From positions 1 to 31,632 of the forward strand of contig CAMTVD010000027.1 of the NCBI GenBank assembly GCA_947085095.1: a stretch of 31,632 nucleotides of DNA, in the 5' to 3' direction. The translations under genes were made by a program, and so were the position numbers. The notes under the pieces are model-generated. The model was not told the origin of the DNA and did not search any database. It saw only the letters and a program-made list of their open reading frames with translations. Source of the DNA: an uncultured Thermus sp. (GTDB taxonomy: Bacteria > Deinococcota > Deinococci > Deinococcales > Thermaceae). Position 1 is the first letter of the stretch. Every line of letters starts with the position of its first letter. Below, piece after piece: positions 18,682-27,753 of the stretch.

Positions 18682-19499
18682 CAGAGCTCGGCCAGGATGC
18701 CCCGCACGAAGCGGCGGAAGAGGGGGCCCGTCCTCCGGGCCACCTCCAGGACCTCCTCCTCGGTGGCGTGGTGCTCCCTCTCCGGCACGGCCATGTCGGT
18801 GATGGTGGAAAGGCCCAGGACCCTGGCCCCCAGGTGCCTCAAGGCGATCACCTCGGGCACCGTGGACATGCCGATGGCGTCCGCCCCCAGCTCCCGGAGC
18901 ATCCTGAGCTCCGCCCGGCTGGCGAAGGAGGGGCCCAGGAACCAGGCGTAGACCCCCTCAAAGAGGTGGAGGTCCTGCCTCCGTGCCACCCGCCGGGCCA
19001 GCTCTATGAGCTCCGGGTCGTAGGCCCCGAACATCACCGGGAAGCGGGGGCCCAGGCGCTCGTCGTTTGGCCCCCGCAAGGGGTTCACCCCCGAGGGGTT
19101 CAGGTAGTCCAGGTGGAGCATGATCCCCCCGGCGTGGAAGCGGGGGTTGAGCCCCCCGGCAGCGGAGGTGAGGAGAAAGGTCCTGGCCCCCAGGAAGAAG
19201 CCCACCCGCACGGGGAAGACCACCTCCTCCGGGGCGTAGCCCTCGTAGTGGTGGACCCGGCCCTGGTAGACCAAAACCCTCTTTCCCTCCAAAACCCCAA
19301 AGACCAGTCTGCCCGCATGCCCGGGGGCGGTGGAAAGGGGGAAGTGGGGGATCTCCCCGTAGGGGATCTCCGCCACCCTCTCCACCTCCTCCGCCAGGGG
19401 ACCAAGCCCCGAGCCCAACACGATCCCCACCTCGGGGGCGAAGTCTGTTTTCTGGCGAATGGCGGCCACCGCCTCCTGGATCTTCTCGTAAACCCCCAT
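18681..19499 (-). CDS. Purine-nucleoside phosphorylase (PunA/XapA type)
   Basis: IVLGSGLG, PGHAG, QGRVHHYEG, AAGG, GPRFP, GADAIGMSTVPE. ATG 19499 lies 7 nt after TAGAAT. Confidence 0.9.
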   Translation of the reverse strand: MGVYEKIQEAVAAIRQKTDFAPEVGIVLGSGLGPLAEEVERVAEIPYGEIPHFPLSTAPGHAGRLVFGVLEGKRVLVYQGRVHHYEGYAPEEVVFPVRVGFFLGARTFLLTSAAGGLNPRFHAGGIMLHLDYLNPSGVNPLRGPNDERLGPRFPVMFGAYDPELIELARRVARRQDLHLFEGVYAWFLGPSFASRAELRMLRELGADAIGMSTVPEVIALRHLGARVLGLSTITDMAVPEREHHATEEEVLEVARRTGPLFRRFVRGILAEL

Positions 19500-19548
19500 G
19501 CCTGCCATTCTAACCGCCCCTTCACCCTTTTTGGGTATGCTCTCCGCC

Positions 19549-22011
19549 ATGAGGCGCCTTCTGGTCCTTTTCCTCTTCGGCACCCTGGCCCTGGCCGCTC
19601 CCATCCGCGAGGTGGTGGTGGAGGGGGCTGACCCGGTCCTCCAGGCCCTGGCCCGGGCCGCCCTGCCCTTTGGCGTGGGGGACGAACCCCAAGACCTCGA
19701 GGCCGCCAGGAGGGCCATCCTGGCCACGGGCTACTTCCGGGAGGCCGAGGTGCGCCTGGAAAGGGATGTCCTCCGGGTGCGCCTGGTCCCTTACCCCCCC
19801 ATCGCCGAGGTCAAGGTGGAGGCCAAGGCCTTCCCAGAGGCAGCCCTCCTCCGCTTCCTGGAGGAGAACTTCGCCATCGGCAAGGAGGCCACCTATAACC
19901 CCTTGCGGGCCCAGGAGGCCGCCCGGGCCCTGGCCCAGGCCTACCGGCAAAACGGCTTCCCCTTCACCCCCAGGGTGGAGGTGGAGGCCAAGGAGGTGGG
20001 GGGGCGGATGGCCCTCACCTTCCGGGTCCAGGAGGCCCTCGAGGTCAAGGAGGTGCGCCTCCTCGGGGTAAGCCTCCTTCCTGAAGGGGAACTCCTCAGG
20101 CTTCTGGATCCCCTGAAGGGCCCCTTTGACTTCGCCAGATACCAGGAGGCCCTAAGGGCCATCGCCGCCCGCTACGAGGCCCAGGGTTTCCGCTATAGCG
20201 GCCCAGACCCGGGGCAAAGCGCCCTGGAAGGGGGGGTCCTCACCGTGCGGGTGCGGGAGCTCAAAGTGGTCCGCCTGGAGGGGCAGGGCCTGGACCTCGG
20301 GGGCTTCCCCTTGAGGGTGGGGGACTTCCTCAACTACGACCGCCTCCTGGAGGGCATCCAGGAGGTTTCCCGGCGGCTTTCCCGCATCGTCACCTTCACC
20401 CTGGCCCCTGAGGGGGAAGGGGTGGCGGTGCGCCTCCAGTTGGGGCCCGAGGGGGGGAGGATTGAGCGGGTGGAGGTCCTGGGCAACACCGCCATCCCCG
20501 CGGAAACCCTCCTAAAGGCCCTGCGCCTCAAGCCCGGCGAGGTCTACACCCCCCTCCTGGCCCAGGAGGACGCGAGGAGGGTGGCCGAGCTCTACCGGGA
20601 GCGGGGCCTCGAGGTGGCCGATGTCCGCTTCGGCTTCCAGGAGGGGGTCTTCCGAGTGGAGGTGGTGGAGCTCAAAATAGGGGGCTACCGCCTGGAGTGG
20701 CAGGGGAACCGCCGCACCCAGGACGAGGTCATCCTACGGGAGCTTCCCAGGCCGGGAAGCCTCTTCAGCGTGGGGGAGATCCGTAAGGCCATCGCCCGCC
20801 TCCTGGCCACCGGCCTCCTGGCCGAACCCCCCCGGGTCTCCCTGGCCCCCTCGGAGAAGCCGGACGAGGTGGTGGTGGTCCTGGGGCTGAAGGAGGCCCG
20901 GACCGGCCTCTTCCAGCCCGCCATCGGCTGGAGCTCCCTGGAAGGCTGGTCGGGGAGCGTCTCCTTCAAGGAGACCAACCTCTTCGGCCTGGCCCACCAG
21001 GTGAGCCTGGACCTGGCCTTCGTTCAGAACGAGGCCCGGGACAACCTCTCCCTCTCCCTGGGCTACACCATCCCCTGGCTTTACCTGGACTTCTGGGACC
21101 TAAGGGAGGTGCGCACCAGCCTGGCCCTGAACCTCTTCTCCACCCCCATCGGCAACAACAAGCTCCTGGATGGCTCCACGGACACCGGCTGGGAGTACAC
21201 GGAAAGGCGCACGGGGGGCGGCTTCAGCCTGGCCCGCCCCTTCTCCAAGGACCTGGAGAACCTGAGGGTTTCCTTAGGCCTTTCCGCCAGGCGGTCCACT
21301 TACGCCCTCGAGGTCTTTGACCCCAAGGCCCCCTGCGACCCCGCCGCCCCCCCCGCCGACCCCAGGTACTGCGACGGCTCGGGCTACAAGGACCCCTCCC
21401 AGGCCCAGTCCTTCCTCCCCACCCCCGGCTGGACCCTCAGGCTGGACACGGGCCTGGCCTACGTGGACGTGGACAGCCCCCGCTTCCGCACCCAGGGGTA
21501 CGAGGCGAGCCTCGCCACGGGCCTCGGCCTCTCCCTGCCGGACACGGGGGGAAGGAGCTTCTTCGTGCCGGTGGTGGTCACGGGCAAGACCTACTTCGGC
21601 CTGGACGAGGCCAAGCGCCAGGCCCTGGCCCTCCGCCTCTCCGTGGGCTCCCTCTTGGGCTTTCCCCCGGAAAGCGAGCGCTTCTTCCTCTCCGGGGGCG
21701 GGGCCGAGGCCTTCCTCCTCAGGGGGTACGAGGACCGGAAGTACGGGGGGCTCTCCTTCGCCACGGGGAGCCTGGAGTACCGCTACGACTTCAACCTCTC
21801 CCCCCAGGGGGGCACCAACCTCTACGGCATCCTCTTCGCCGACGCTGGCCTCGCCGACAACACCGGCGGGCTCAAGTGGGGGGCAGGGATCGGCTTCCAG
21901 CTGGACCTAGACATCTTCGGGGCCCTTCTGCCCTCCCTGCGCCTGGACTACGCCTTCAGCCCGGAAAGCCCGGCGGGGAGACTCCACTTCCGCATCGGGC
22001 CGATGTTCTAG
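19549..22011 (+). CDS. bamA: BamA/Omp85 outer-membrane assembly protein
   Basis: Signal peptide and POTRA repeats (VLGNTAI, GNRRTQDEVILREL). Barrel has ETNLFG, LRGY, EYR, LRLDYA and terminal F. TATGCT -10 at 19536-19541. Confidence 0.92.
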   Translation: MRRLLVLFLFGTLALAAPIREVVVEGADPVLQALARAALPFGVGDEPQDLEAARRAILATGYFREAEVRLERDVLRVRLVPYPPIAEVKVEAKAFPEAALLRFLEENFAIGKEATYNPLRAQEAARALAQAYRQNGFPFTPRVEVEAKEVGGRMALTFRVQEALEVKEVRLLGVSLLPEGELLRLLDPLKGPFDFARYQEALRAIAARYEAQGFRYSGPDPGQSALEGGVLTVRVRELKVVRLEGQGLDLGGFPLRVGDFLNYDRLLEGIQEVSRRLSRIVTFTLAPEGEGVAVRLQLGPEGGRIERVEVLGNTAIPAETLLKALRLKPGEVYTPLLAQEDARRVAELYRERGLEVADVRFGFQEGVFRVEVVELKIGGYRLEWQGNRRTQDEVILRELPRPGSLFSVGEIRKAIARLLATGLLAEPPRVSLAPSEKPDEVVVVLGLKEARTGLFQPAIGWSSLEGWSGSVSFKETNLFGLAHQVSLDLAFVQNEARDNLSLSLGYTIPWLYLDFWDLREVRTSLALNLFSTPIGNNKLLDGSTDTGWEYTERRTGGGFSLARPFSKDLENLRVSLGLSARRSTYALEVFDPKAPCDPAAPPADPRYCDGSGYKDPSQAQSFLPTPGWTLRLDTGLAYVDVDSPRFRTQGYEASLATGLGLSLPDTGGRSFFVPVVVTGKTYFGLDEAKRQALALRLSVGSLLGFPPESERFFLSGGGAEAFLLRGYEDRKYGGLSFATGSLEYRYDFNLSPQGGTNLYGILFADAGLADNTGGLKWGAGIGFQLDLDIFGALLPSLRLDYAFSPESPAGRLHFRIGPMF

Positions 22012-22036
22012 ACTGAGGGGGGTACCCGGGGCTTTC

Positions 22037-22345
22037 ATGAAAGCGTACCTCGGCCTCTACACCGCCAGGCTGGAGCTGGGAGCCCGGAGCCTCAAGGAGA
22101 AGCGGGCCCTGGTCAAGCCCGCCCTGGAGAGGGTGAAGGCCCGCTTCCCCGTGTCCGCCGCCCGGCTCTACGGCCTGGACGCCTGGGGGTACGAGGTGGT
22201 GGGCCTGAGCCTCCTGGGAAACGACCCAAAGTGGGTGGAGGAAACCCTATGGGCGGCCGCCCGCTTCCTGGCCCAGAACGGGGCCTTCCGCGTGGCCCTG
22301 GAGGAGTTCCGCCTCGAGGCCTTTGAGCTGGACGGGGTTATCTAG
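22037..22345 (+). CDS. DUF503-family protein
   Basis: SLKEKR.LVK.....K.RF.VS signature, 102 aa. Confidence 0.85.
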   Translation: MKAYLGLYTARLELGARSLKEKRALVKPALERVKARFPVSAARLYGLDAWGYEVVGLSLLGNDPKWVEETLWAAARFLAQNGAFRVALEEFRLEAFELDGVI

Positions 22346-22614
22346 GGAAGGCGGCGGACCCTCTCCGCCCCAAGGACCTCGGCCGCGTACGCCAGAGCGG
22401 CGCGCAGGCCCTCCGGGGTCAAACGGGGGAAAGCTTCCAGGATGGCCTCCGGGCTTTCCCCAGCGGCGAGGCGGCAAAGGATCTCCTCCACGGTGATCCG
22501 CGTGCCGGCCACCACCGGCTTGCCCCCCATGACCTCAGGGTCCACCGTGATCCAGTCGCCCGCATCCCTTCGTGGGCTACGACCTCCAGGGTGCGAACAA
22601 AGAGGGGGCGCCAT
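22342..22614 (-). CDS. DUF433-domain protein
   Basis: ITVDPEVMGGKPVVAGTRITVEEIL..LAAG.S.E.IL..FP.L...LRAALAYAA. AGGAGG SD before ATG 22614. The first ~19 aa are atypical. Confidence 0.8.
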   Translation of the reverse strand: MAPPLCSHPGGRSPRRDAGDWITVDPEVMGGKPVVAGTRITVEEILCRLAAGESPEAILEAFPRLTPEGLRAALAYAAEVLGAERVRRLP

Positions 22615-22661
22615 ATCCCCTCCTGAGAGCCCTCCAGAACGCACCCACCGGCTGGCTTTGA

Positions 22662-22931
22662 CTAGAGGACCTCCGTTTCCTCCAAAGGCGCTTTGCCCAC
22701 CATCTTCGCGTGGAGGACCAGAGGGTCCAGGTCCAGCCCCCCAGGCCAGACCGGGGCCCCCAGCTCCGGGTCCACCCGAACTTGGGCGAAGAAGCCCGGA
22801 TCCCTGAGCTGACCCAGGAGGCCGGGCAAGGCCTCCTGGGAGAGGTCCACCACCCCCTCCGTCCCATCGGAGAAACGGAGCCAGAGCTTGAGCCCCTCTA
22901 AGGCCTTGGCCTCCACCACATCCACCAGCAC
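22662..22931 (-). CDS. DUF2442-domain protein
   Basis: V.EAKALEG.KLWLRFSDG.EG.VDL...L.DP.FF.QV.VD...G..VWP.GLDLDP. Confidence 0.82.
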   Translation of the reverse strand: MLVDVVEAKALEGLKLWLRFSDGTEGVVDLSQEALPGLLGQLRDPGFFAQVRVDPELGAPVWPGGLDLDPLVLHAKMVGKAPLEETEVL

Positions 22932-22937
22932 AGGGCC

Positions 22938-24128
22938 CTACACCCGCTCCACCGCCAGGGCCGTGGACCCCCCGGTCCCGTGGCAGATGGCGGCGAGGCC
23001 CCGCTCCTCTTCCTTCACCCTGAGGGCGTTGAGGAGGGTGACCAGGATCCTCGCCCCGCTTGCCCCAATGGGGTGGCCTAGGGCCACCGCCCCCCCGAAG
23101 ACGTTGAGCCTCTCGTAGGGCACCCCCAGGAGGCGGTGGAAAAGGACGTTATTGAGGGCGAAGGCCTCGTTGTTCTCAAAGAGGCCAAAGTCCGAAACCC
23201 GCAGGCCGAGCCGGTCCAGAAGCCGCTTGGCCGCGGGGATGGGGGCCTCGGGGAAGCGCCAGGGCTCCCCCGCCGCCCAGGCTCCCCCCAGAACCCGGGC
23301 CAGGGGCTTGAGGCCATGGGCCTTCACCGCTTCCTCGGAGGCGAGGAGCAGGGCCGCCGCCCCATCGGAGATCTGGCTGGAGTTCCCGGCGGTGAGGATG
23401 CCGTCCTTCCTAAAGGCGGGCCTCAGGGCCGCCAAGGACTCCAAGGTGGTCTCAGGGCGGATACCCTCATCCCTATCCACCACCACGGGGCCCTTCTTCC
23501 CAGGGAGCTCCATAGGGGCGATCTCCCAGGCGAAGAAGCCCCCCTCCGTGGCCTCCGCCGCCCGCTTGTGGGAAAGGTAGGCGGCCTCGTCCACCTCCTT
23601 CCGGCTCACCCCGTAGTCCTGGGCAAGCCTTTCCGCCTGCTCCCCCATGGCCTCGCCCGAAAAGGGATCCGAAAGACCGTCCCTCAGGAGGATGTCCTGG
23701 AGGTTCTCCGGCGCCCCCATGAGGAACTTGTACCCCCACCTTGCCCGGTGGGAGAGGTAGAAGCCCGCCTGGCTCATGGACTCCATCCCCCCGGCGAGGA
23801 CCAGGTGGGCCTCCCCCGTGCGCAGGAACTGGAAGGCGTTTAAGACCGCCATCATCCCCGAGGCGCAGACCATGTCCACCTGGTACCCGTCCACCTCCTT
23901 GGGGATGCCCGCCTTCAGGGCCGCCTGCCGAGGAAGTAGCTGCCCGTGCCCGGCCCGGAGCACGTTTCCGAACACGTACAGGTCCAAAGCCTTCCCCTCC
24001 ACCCCTACCCGGGCCAAGGCCGCCCGCATGGCATGGGCCCCCAGCTCCACCGGGCTCACGTCCTTAAGCGCCCCCCCAAACTTCCCGATAGGGGTGCGCA
24101 CCGCGGATACGATATAGACCTCAGGCAT
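22938..24128 (-). CDS. Acetyl-CoA acetyltransferase (thiolase)
   Basis: RTPIGKFGG, VCASGM, GGMESMS, TAGNSSQISDGAA, NEAFA, GGAVALGHPIGASG, ICHGTG. Confidence 0.95.
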   Translation of the reverse strand: MPEVYIVSAVRTPIGKFGGALKDVSPVELGAHAMRAALARVGVEGKALDLYVFGNVLRAGHGQLLPRQAALKAGIPKEVDGYQVDMVCASGMMAVLNAFQFLRTGEAHLVLAGGMESMSQAGFYLSHRARWGYKFLMGAPENLQDILLRDGLSDPFSGEAMGEQAERLAQDYGVSRKEVDEAAYLSHKRAAEATEGGFFAWEIAPMELPGKKGPVVVDRDEGIRPETTLESLAALRPAFRKDGILTAGNSSQISDGAAALLLASEEAVKAHGLKPLARVLGGAWAAGEPWRFPEAPIPAAKRLLDRLGLRVSDFGLFENNEAFALNNVLFHRLLGVPYERLNVFGGAVALGHPIGASGARILVTLLNALRVKEEERGLAAICHGTGGSTALAVERV

Positions 24129-24188
24129 GGGGACATCATACCTCTTCGTGCCCAGGCAAAGACGTAGCGCCAGGTATACTGCCCCCAG

Positions 24189-24650
24189 ATGAGGATGCGG
24201 GGGTTTACCTTGTTGGAACTCCTGGTGGTCCTGGCCCTCCTTGGCGTGGTCTTTCTATTCCTCCCCGGCACCCTTCAAGCCAGCGTTTACCGCCACCGGG
24301 CGGCCGTTTCTGAAACCCGTGCCTTCCTCCAAGGTGCCCGCACCGAGGCCATCCGGCGGGGAACCATGGTGGCCGTGGTGCAACCCCATGGGCAGGAAAA
24401 CCGCCTCCTAGCCTGCCTGGATACGAACCACAATAGCGACTGTGATCCAAACGAGGCTCCCTTGCGCACCTTAATCCTGCAAAGCTCCACCCTAGAGCTT
24501 CGCTCCGGCTTCCACCCCGGCCTGCGCTTTAACGCTCTGGGGCAACTGAACACCGGGGCCAGGCTGGTGGTGCGCACCGCTGGCCACGCCACCGCCCTCT
24601 GTCTCAGCTTGGCAGGTCGGGTGCGGGAATCTCCAGGAGGCCAGTGCTAA
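24189..24650 (+). CDS. FimT/GspH-like minor pilin (copy 1, C-terminal GRVR)
   Basis: G|FTLLE prepilin site, ARTEAIRRG, LRFNALG, LSLAGRVR, four Cys. TATACT -10 just upstream. Confidence 0.85.
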   Translation: MRMRGFTLLELLVVLALLGVVFLFLPGTLQASVYRHRAAVSETRAFLQGARTEAIRRGTMVAVVQPHGQENRLLACLDTNHNSDCDPNEAPLRTLILQSSTLELRSGFHPGLRFNALGQLNTGARLVVRTAGHATALCLSLAGRVRESPGGQC

Positions 24651-24702
24651 TCCCCCAAACGGGGGATGTGCTCCCCCTCCTCTGGCCTCATAGTGGGAAG
24701 CG

Positions 24703-25104
24703 ATGAGGTCTGGCTTTTCCCTGCTTGAGCTCTTGGTGGTCCTCGGCATCCTTGCGGTGGTGGGTCTCCTGGGCTACAGCAACTTTGCTCCTGCATACCG
24801 CCTCCAGGCGGCGGCCACGGAGCTGCAAAAAGCCCTCCAAACCGCTCGCACCGAGGCCATCCGCCGGGGGGATGCCGTCACCGTGGAAATGGCGAACGGG
24901 GAGCTCCTGGTGAAGGTGGGAAGTCAGACCCTGGCCCGCTTCCGTCCTCAAAACTACGGGGCCACCCTCCAGGCTCCAGTCCCAGGTTCCTTTACCCTCA
25001 ACGCCCTGGGACGTCCCGGTGATGAAACCAAGAAGGAGTTCACCCTAGCCATGGGGAACCGAACCCGCTCCCTCACCTTGGAGGCCAGTGGGCGCATCCA
25101 CTGA
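24703..25104 (+). CDS. FimT/FimU/GspH-like minor pilin (copy 2)
   Basis: G|FSLLE, LQ.ARTEAIRRG..VTV, LNALG, LEASGRI. Confidence 0.85.
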   Translation: MRSGFSLLELLVVLGILAVVGLLGYSNFAPAYRLQAAATELQKALQTARTEAIRRGDAVTVEMANGELLVKVGSQTLARFRPQNYGATLQAPVPGSFTLNALGRPGDETKKEFTLAMGNRTRSLTLEASGRIH

Positions 25105-25112
25105 GGTGAAGT

Positions 25113-25493
25113 ATGCGTGCCCAAGGACTTACCCTTCTAGAAGTGATCCTGGCCATCGGGGTGCTCGCCATCGTGCTTCTGGCCTTCACCGGTTTGCAGA
25201 TCACCAGCCTGCGAGCCTCCGCCCAGGGACGAATTACCCAGGCCATGGTGCGGGAAGCGCAAAACTTCCTGGAGACACTGAGGGCAAACCCCACCTCCAT
25301 TCCTGGCCGTTGCACCCAGACCCTCTCCTTAGGAGGCACCAGCGCCTCGTGCCAGTACATCCCGTGCTCCCTCAACGGAACCTCCCTGAACTGCACAACG
25401 GGTGTCAGCAACCCAAGGGCCTACCGGATAACCCTTGAGGTACCCGCAAATAGGCCCCGAATGACCTTGGAAACGGTGGTGTACGTGCCATGA
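25113..25493 (+). CDS. PilV/GspI-like minor pilin
   Basis: G|LTLLEVILAI...LQITSLR...LETLRANP; four Cys. Confidence 0.82.
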   Translation: MRAQGLTLLEVILAIGVLAIVLLAFTGLQITSLRASAQGRITQAMVREAQNFLETLRANPTSIPGRCTQTLSLGGTSASCQYIPCSLNGTSLNCTTGVSNPRAYRITLEVPANRPRMTLETVVYVP

Positions 25494-26203
25494 AACGGAA
25501 CCATGGCTTCTCCCTTGTGGAACTGCTGGTAGCCCTGGCCATCCTTGGGCTTCTCCTGGGAGCCGTGCTGGCCTTTACCCAATCCTCCTCCCGCCTGGAA
25601 AGAGGGCAGAGGGCCCTGGCCCTCTTAGCCGAGGACTTAAGCCTCACCGCCACAGTCCTGGCCCGGGAGGTGTACCTGGCGGGATACCAGATGCAAGCAG
25701 GAAACCCCCTGGTCGTGCAAGGGGGGAACACCCTGACCCTTCGCTTTTTCTGTGAGGGTGGGATGGAGATCTTCTGCTCCACCGCCACCATGAACCAGGT
25801 CCGGACTGTCCAGTACAAGCTGGACGGAGGTACCCTTTACTGGGGTGTCTGTCCCGGAGTAACCTGCACCCCAACCGCCACCCACCCAGTACTGGATGGG
25901 GTTTTACACTTCCGCATCGCCTACCTATCTGGAGGAAACTGGTCCGCAACCGATCTCACAGTGAACGCCGGCCCTCAAGGCACCAATCCCAAGGTGGAGG
26001 CCCTAGCCCTTTACCTTTTGGTTCAGTCCCCCTTGCGCACGGGGGCAAGGGGCTTTACTCCAGGGGATACGATTGCCTGGACTACGGTTCCTAATGGGAA
26101 CAGCCTAAAGGCTCAACTGGATCTCCCTTCCTCCGCGGGCGGGGATGGCAGGCCGGTAGCGGAGAGGCTTGTGCTGGTGCAGACCCCAAATCTGATGAGG
26201 TAG
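25490..26203 (+). CDS. PilW/GspJ-like minor pilin
   Basis: G|FSLVELLVALAI, L.REV.LAGY, C-terminal V.TPNL; ATGA overlap with the upstream gene. Confidence 0.85.
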   Translation: MKRNHGFSLVELLVALAILGLLLGAVLAFTQSSSRLERGQRALALLAEDLSLTATVLAREVYLAGYQMQAGNPLVVQGGNTLTLRFFCEGGMEIFCSTATMNQVRTVQYKLDGGTLYWGVCPGVTCTPTATHPVLDGVLHFRIAYLSGGNWSATDLTVNAGPQGTNPKVEALALYLLVQSPLRTGARGFTPGDTIAWTTVPNGNSLKAQLDLPSSAGGDGRPVAERLVLVQTPNLMR

Positions 26204-26214
26204 GAGGTGAGGAA

Positions 26215-27702
26215 ATGACGAAAAAAGGGATTGCGCTGGTTAGCGTCCTCGTGGCCATGGTGGCCGTGCTGATGATGGCTCTGGGGATGAGCTACCTCGC
26301 TGAGGCCAACCTTTCCACGGGCCGCAACCTGGCCCAGCAGGCCGTAGCCCGCCAGCGGGCCGAGGCTGGGATCGACCACGCCTTGGCCTATCTGCGAGTA
26401 AACCCTAACTTCGCTGAAACTCGTTCCGTGAGCGGTAACGGCTACACGGGTACCATCACACCCCTCGTACCCGGAGAAAAGTACCGCATAGAAAGCACCG
26501 GCACCTTTCAGCAGGCAAGGCACGCGGCCGTAGCCGAGGTGCGGATAGAAGTTATTCCCACCCAACGCCAGAACCCCCTGTTCGGGAATGGGTGGATAAG
26601 CGGCGGACGCATCACGGTCAACGGGGGCGTAGATCTCCACGCAAGCCGCTTGCATGCCGACAAGGGATATGCGAATCTCTCTGGCCAAATTCAGGTTTGT
26701 GACGAGAACGGGCAGAACTGTAAAAACTTGAACCAGGTTTCTCCTCCCCCCATCACGGGTGGAGCCGGGGTAGGTGACACCCAGTGCAACGCTTCAGGGA
26801 CTAACCGTGTAGTTTGCCAAGGCAACCAGCCCCGCTACCAGGTATGCCCCGTCTACCAGCAACCTTCTGATCCAACCTTTACGTGCCAGGACGCCATCAC
26901 CGGGGAGATCAAGCGCTGGGACCAGGCCTACCGGATTACCACCCCAAACGTGAACAACCTTAGCGAGCAGGCCCTTGGCGTGCGGGTGTCCAGCGTAATC
27001 CCCGATGCCCGCCAAAAAAATCTTTGCCAGGTCGAGTTCACCTCCTTAGACCCCGGCCAACCCACAGAACTAACTCGGTTTCTCATTGCAAGAAACGTCA
27101 CGCCTGTGGGAAACGATACCAATACGCTCTTGAGGCAGGTTCTTCCCTTGCTCTCCGGCTTAAGGGTTTGCGTACAGGGTAACGTCACCCTGCCGGGCGG
27201 TACCACTCTTAACAGCGCGACCTTCTATGTGGGAGGTACTTTCCAGGTTAACGGATCGGCCAATCTTCAGGACGTGAAGGTAGCCGCCCAAGGCGGTCTG
27301 AATCTGGGTGATGTCCAGGCCACCAACAGCAAGTTTTTCACAAACGGCAATATCAACCTAAACAACAAAGCCCTCTTCCAAGGGGACTCCACTATTGCCA
27401 GCATTCAGGCCATTACCTTCAATGGACGGGCAAACCTTCTCAACAACCGTGCCCTAGCCATCATCAGCCAGGGGGATATCACCTTTAACGGCAGGGCAGA
27501 TACCCACGCCTTCATGTGGGCAGGTGGACAAATCACCTTCAACGGCACGGGAACCTTTATCGGCGGTGCTGTAAGCATCGGGGGCACCATCAGAAACGGG
27601 GGCGGGCAGTTTTCTATCCGAAACTCCAATGCGGAGAACTCTGACCTTCCCCAGATTGAAACGGATGGAGGCCCTGCTCCCAGGGTAACCTTCCGGCGGT
27701 GA
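26215..27702 (+). CDS. comZ: ComZ / PilX-like pilin with a beta-solenoid domain
   Basis: KKG|IALVSVL (no Glu5, PilX-type), AEAGI, I.STG. Repeated G.I(T)FNG / G.INLN solenoid units. Lies between the minor pilins and the major pilin, as in the Thermus competence locus. Confidence 0.8.
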   Translation: MTKKGIALVSVLVAMVAVLMMALGMSYLAEANLSTGRNLAQQAVARQRAEAGIDHALAYLRVNPNFAETRSVSGNGYTGTITPLVPGEKYRIESTGTFQQARHAAVAEVRIEVIPTQRQNPLFGNGWISGGRITVNGGVDLHASRLHADKGYANLSGQIQVCDENGQNCKNLNQVSPPPITGGAGVGDTQCNASGTNRVVCQGNQPRYQVCPVYQQPSDPTFTCQDAITGEIKRWDQAYRITTPNVNNLSEQALGVRVSSVIPDARQKNLCQVEFTSLDPGQPTELTRFLIARNVTPVGNDTNTLLRQVLPLLSGLRVCVQGNVTLPGGTTLNSATFYVGGTFQVNGSANLQDVKVAAQGGLNLGDVQATNSKFFTNGNINLNNKALFQGDSTIASIQAITFNGRANLLNNRALAIISQGDITFNGRADTHAFMWAGGQITFNGTGTFIGGAVSIGGTIRNGGGQFSIRNSNAENSDLPQIETDGGPAPRVTFRR

Positions 27703-27712
27703 AACATGGGGT

Positions 27713-27734
27713 TTTCACACCCCTTTCACACCCC
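27713..27734. repeat. Tandem 11-bp direct repeat TTTCACACCCC x2
   Basis: Exact copies at 27713-27723 and 27724-27734, upstream of the pilA4 promoter. Confidence 0.8.
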
Positions 27735-27753
27735 TCCCCCATCCTGAGGCTGT

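Noticed and set aside
15949..19631. Long plus-strand ORFs opposite hflX, yggS and PNP
   Set aside because: Typical antisense ORFs of GC-rich genes.
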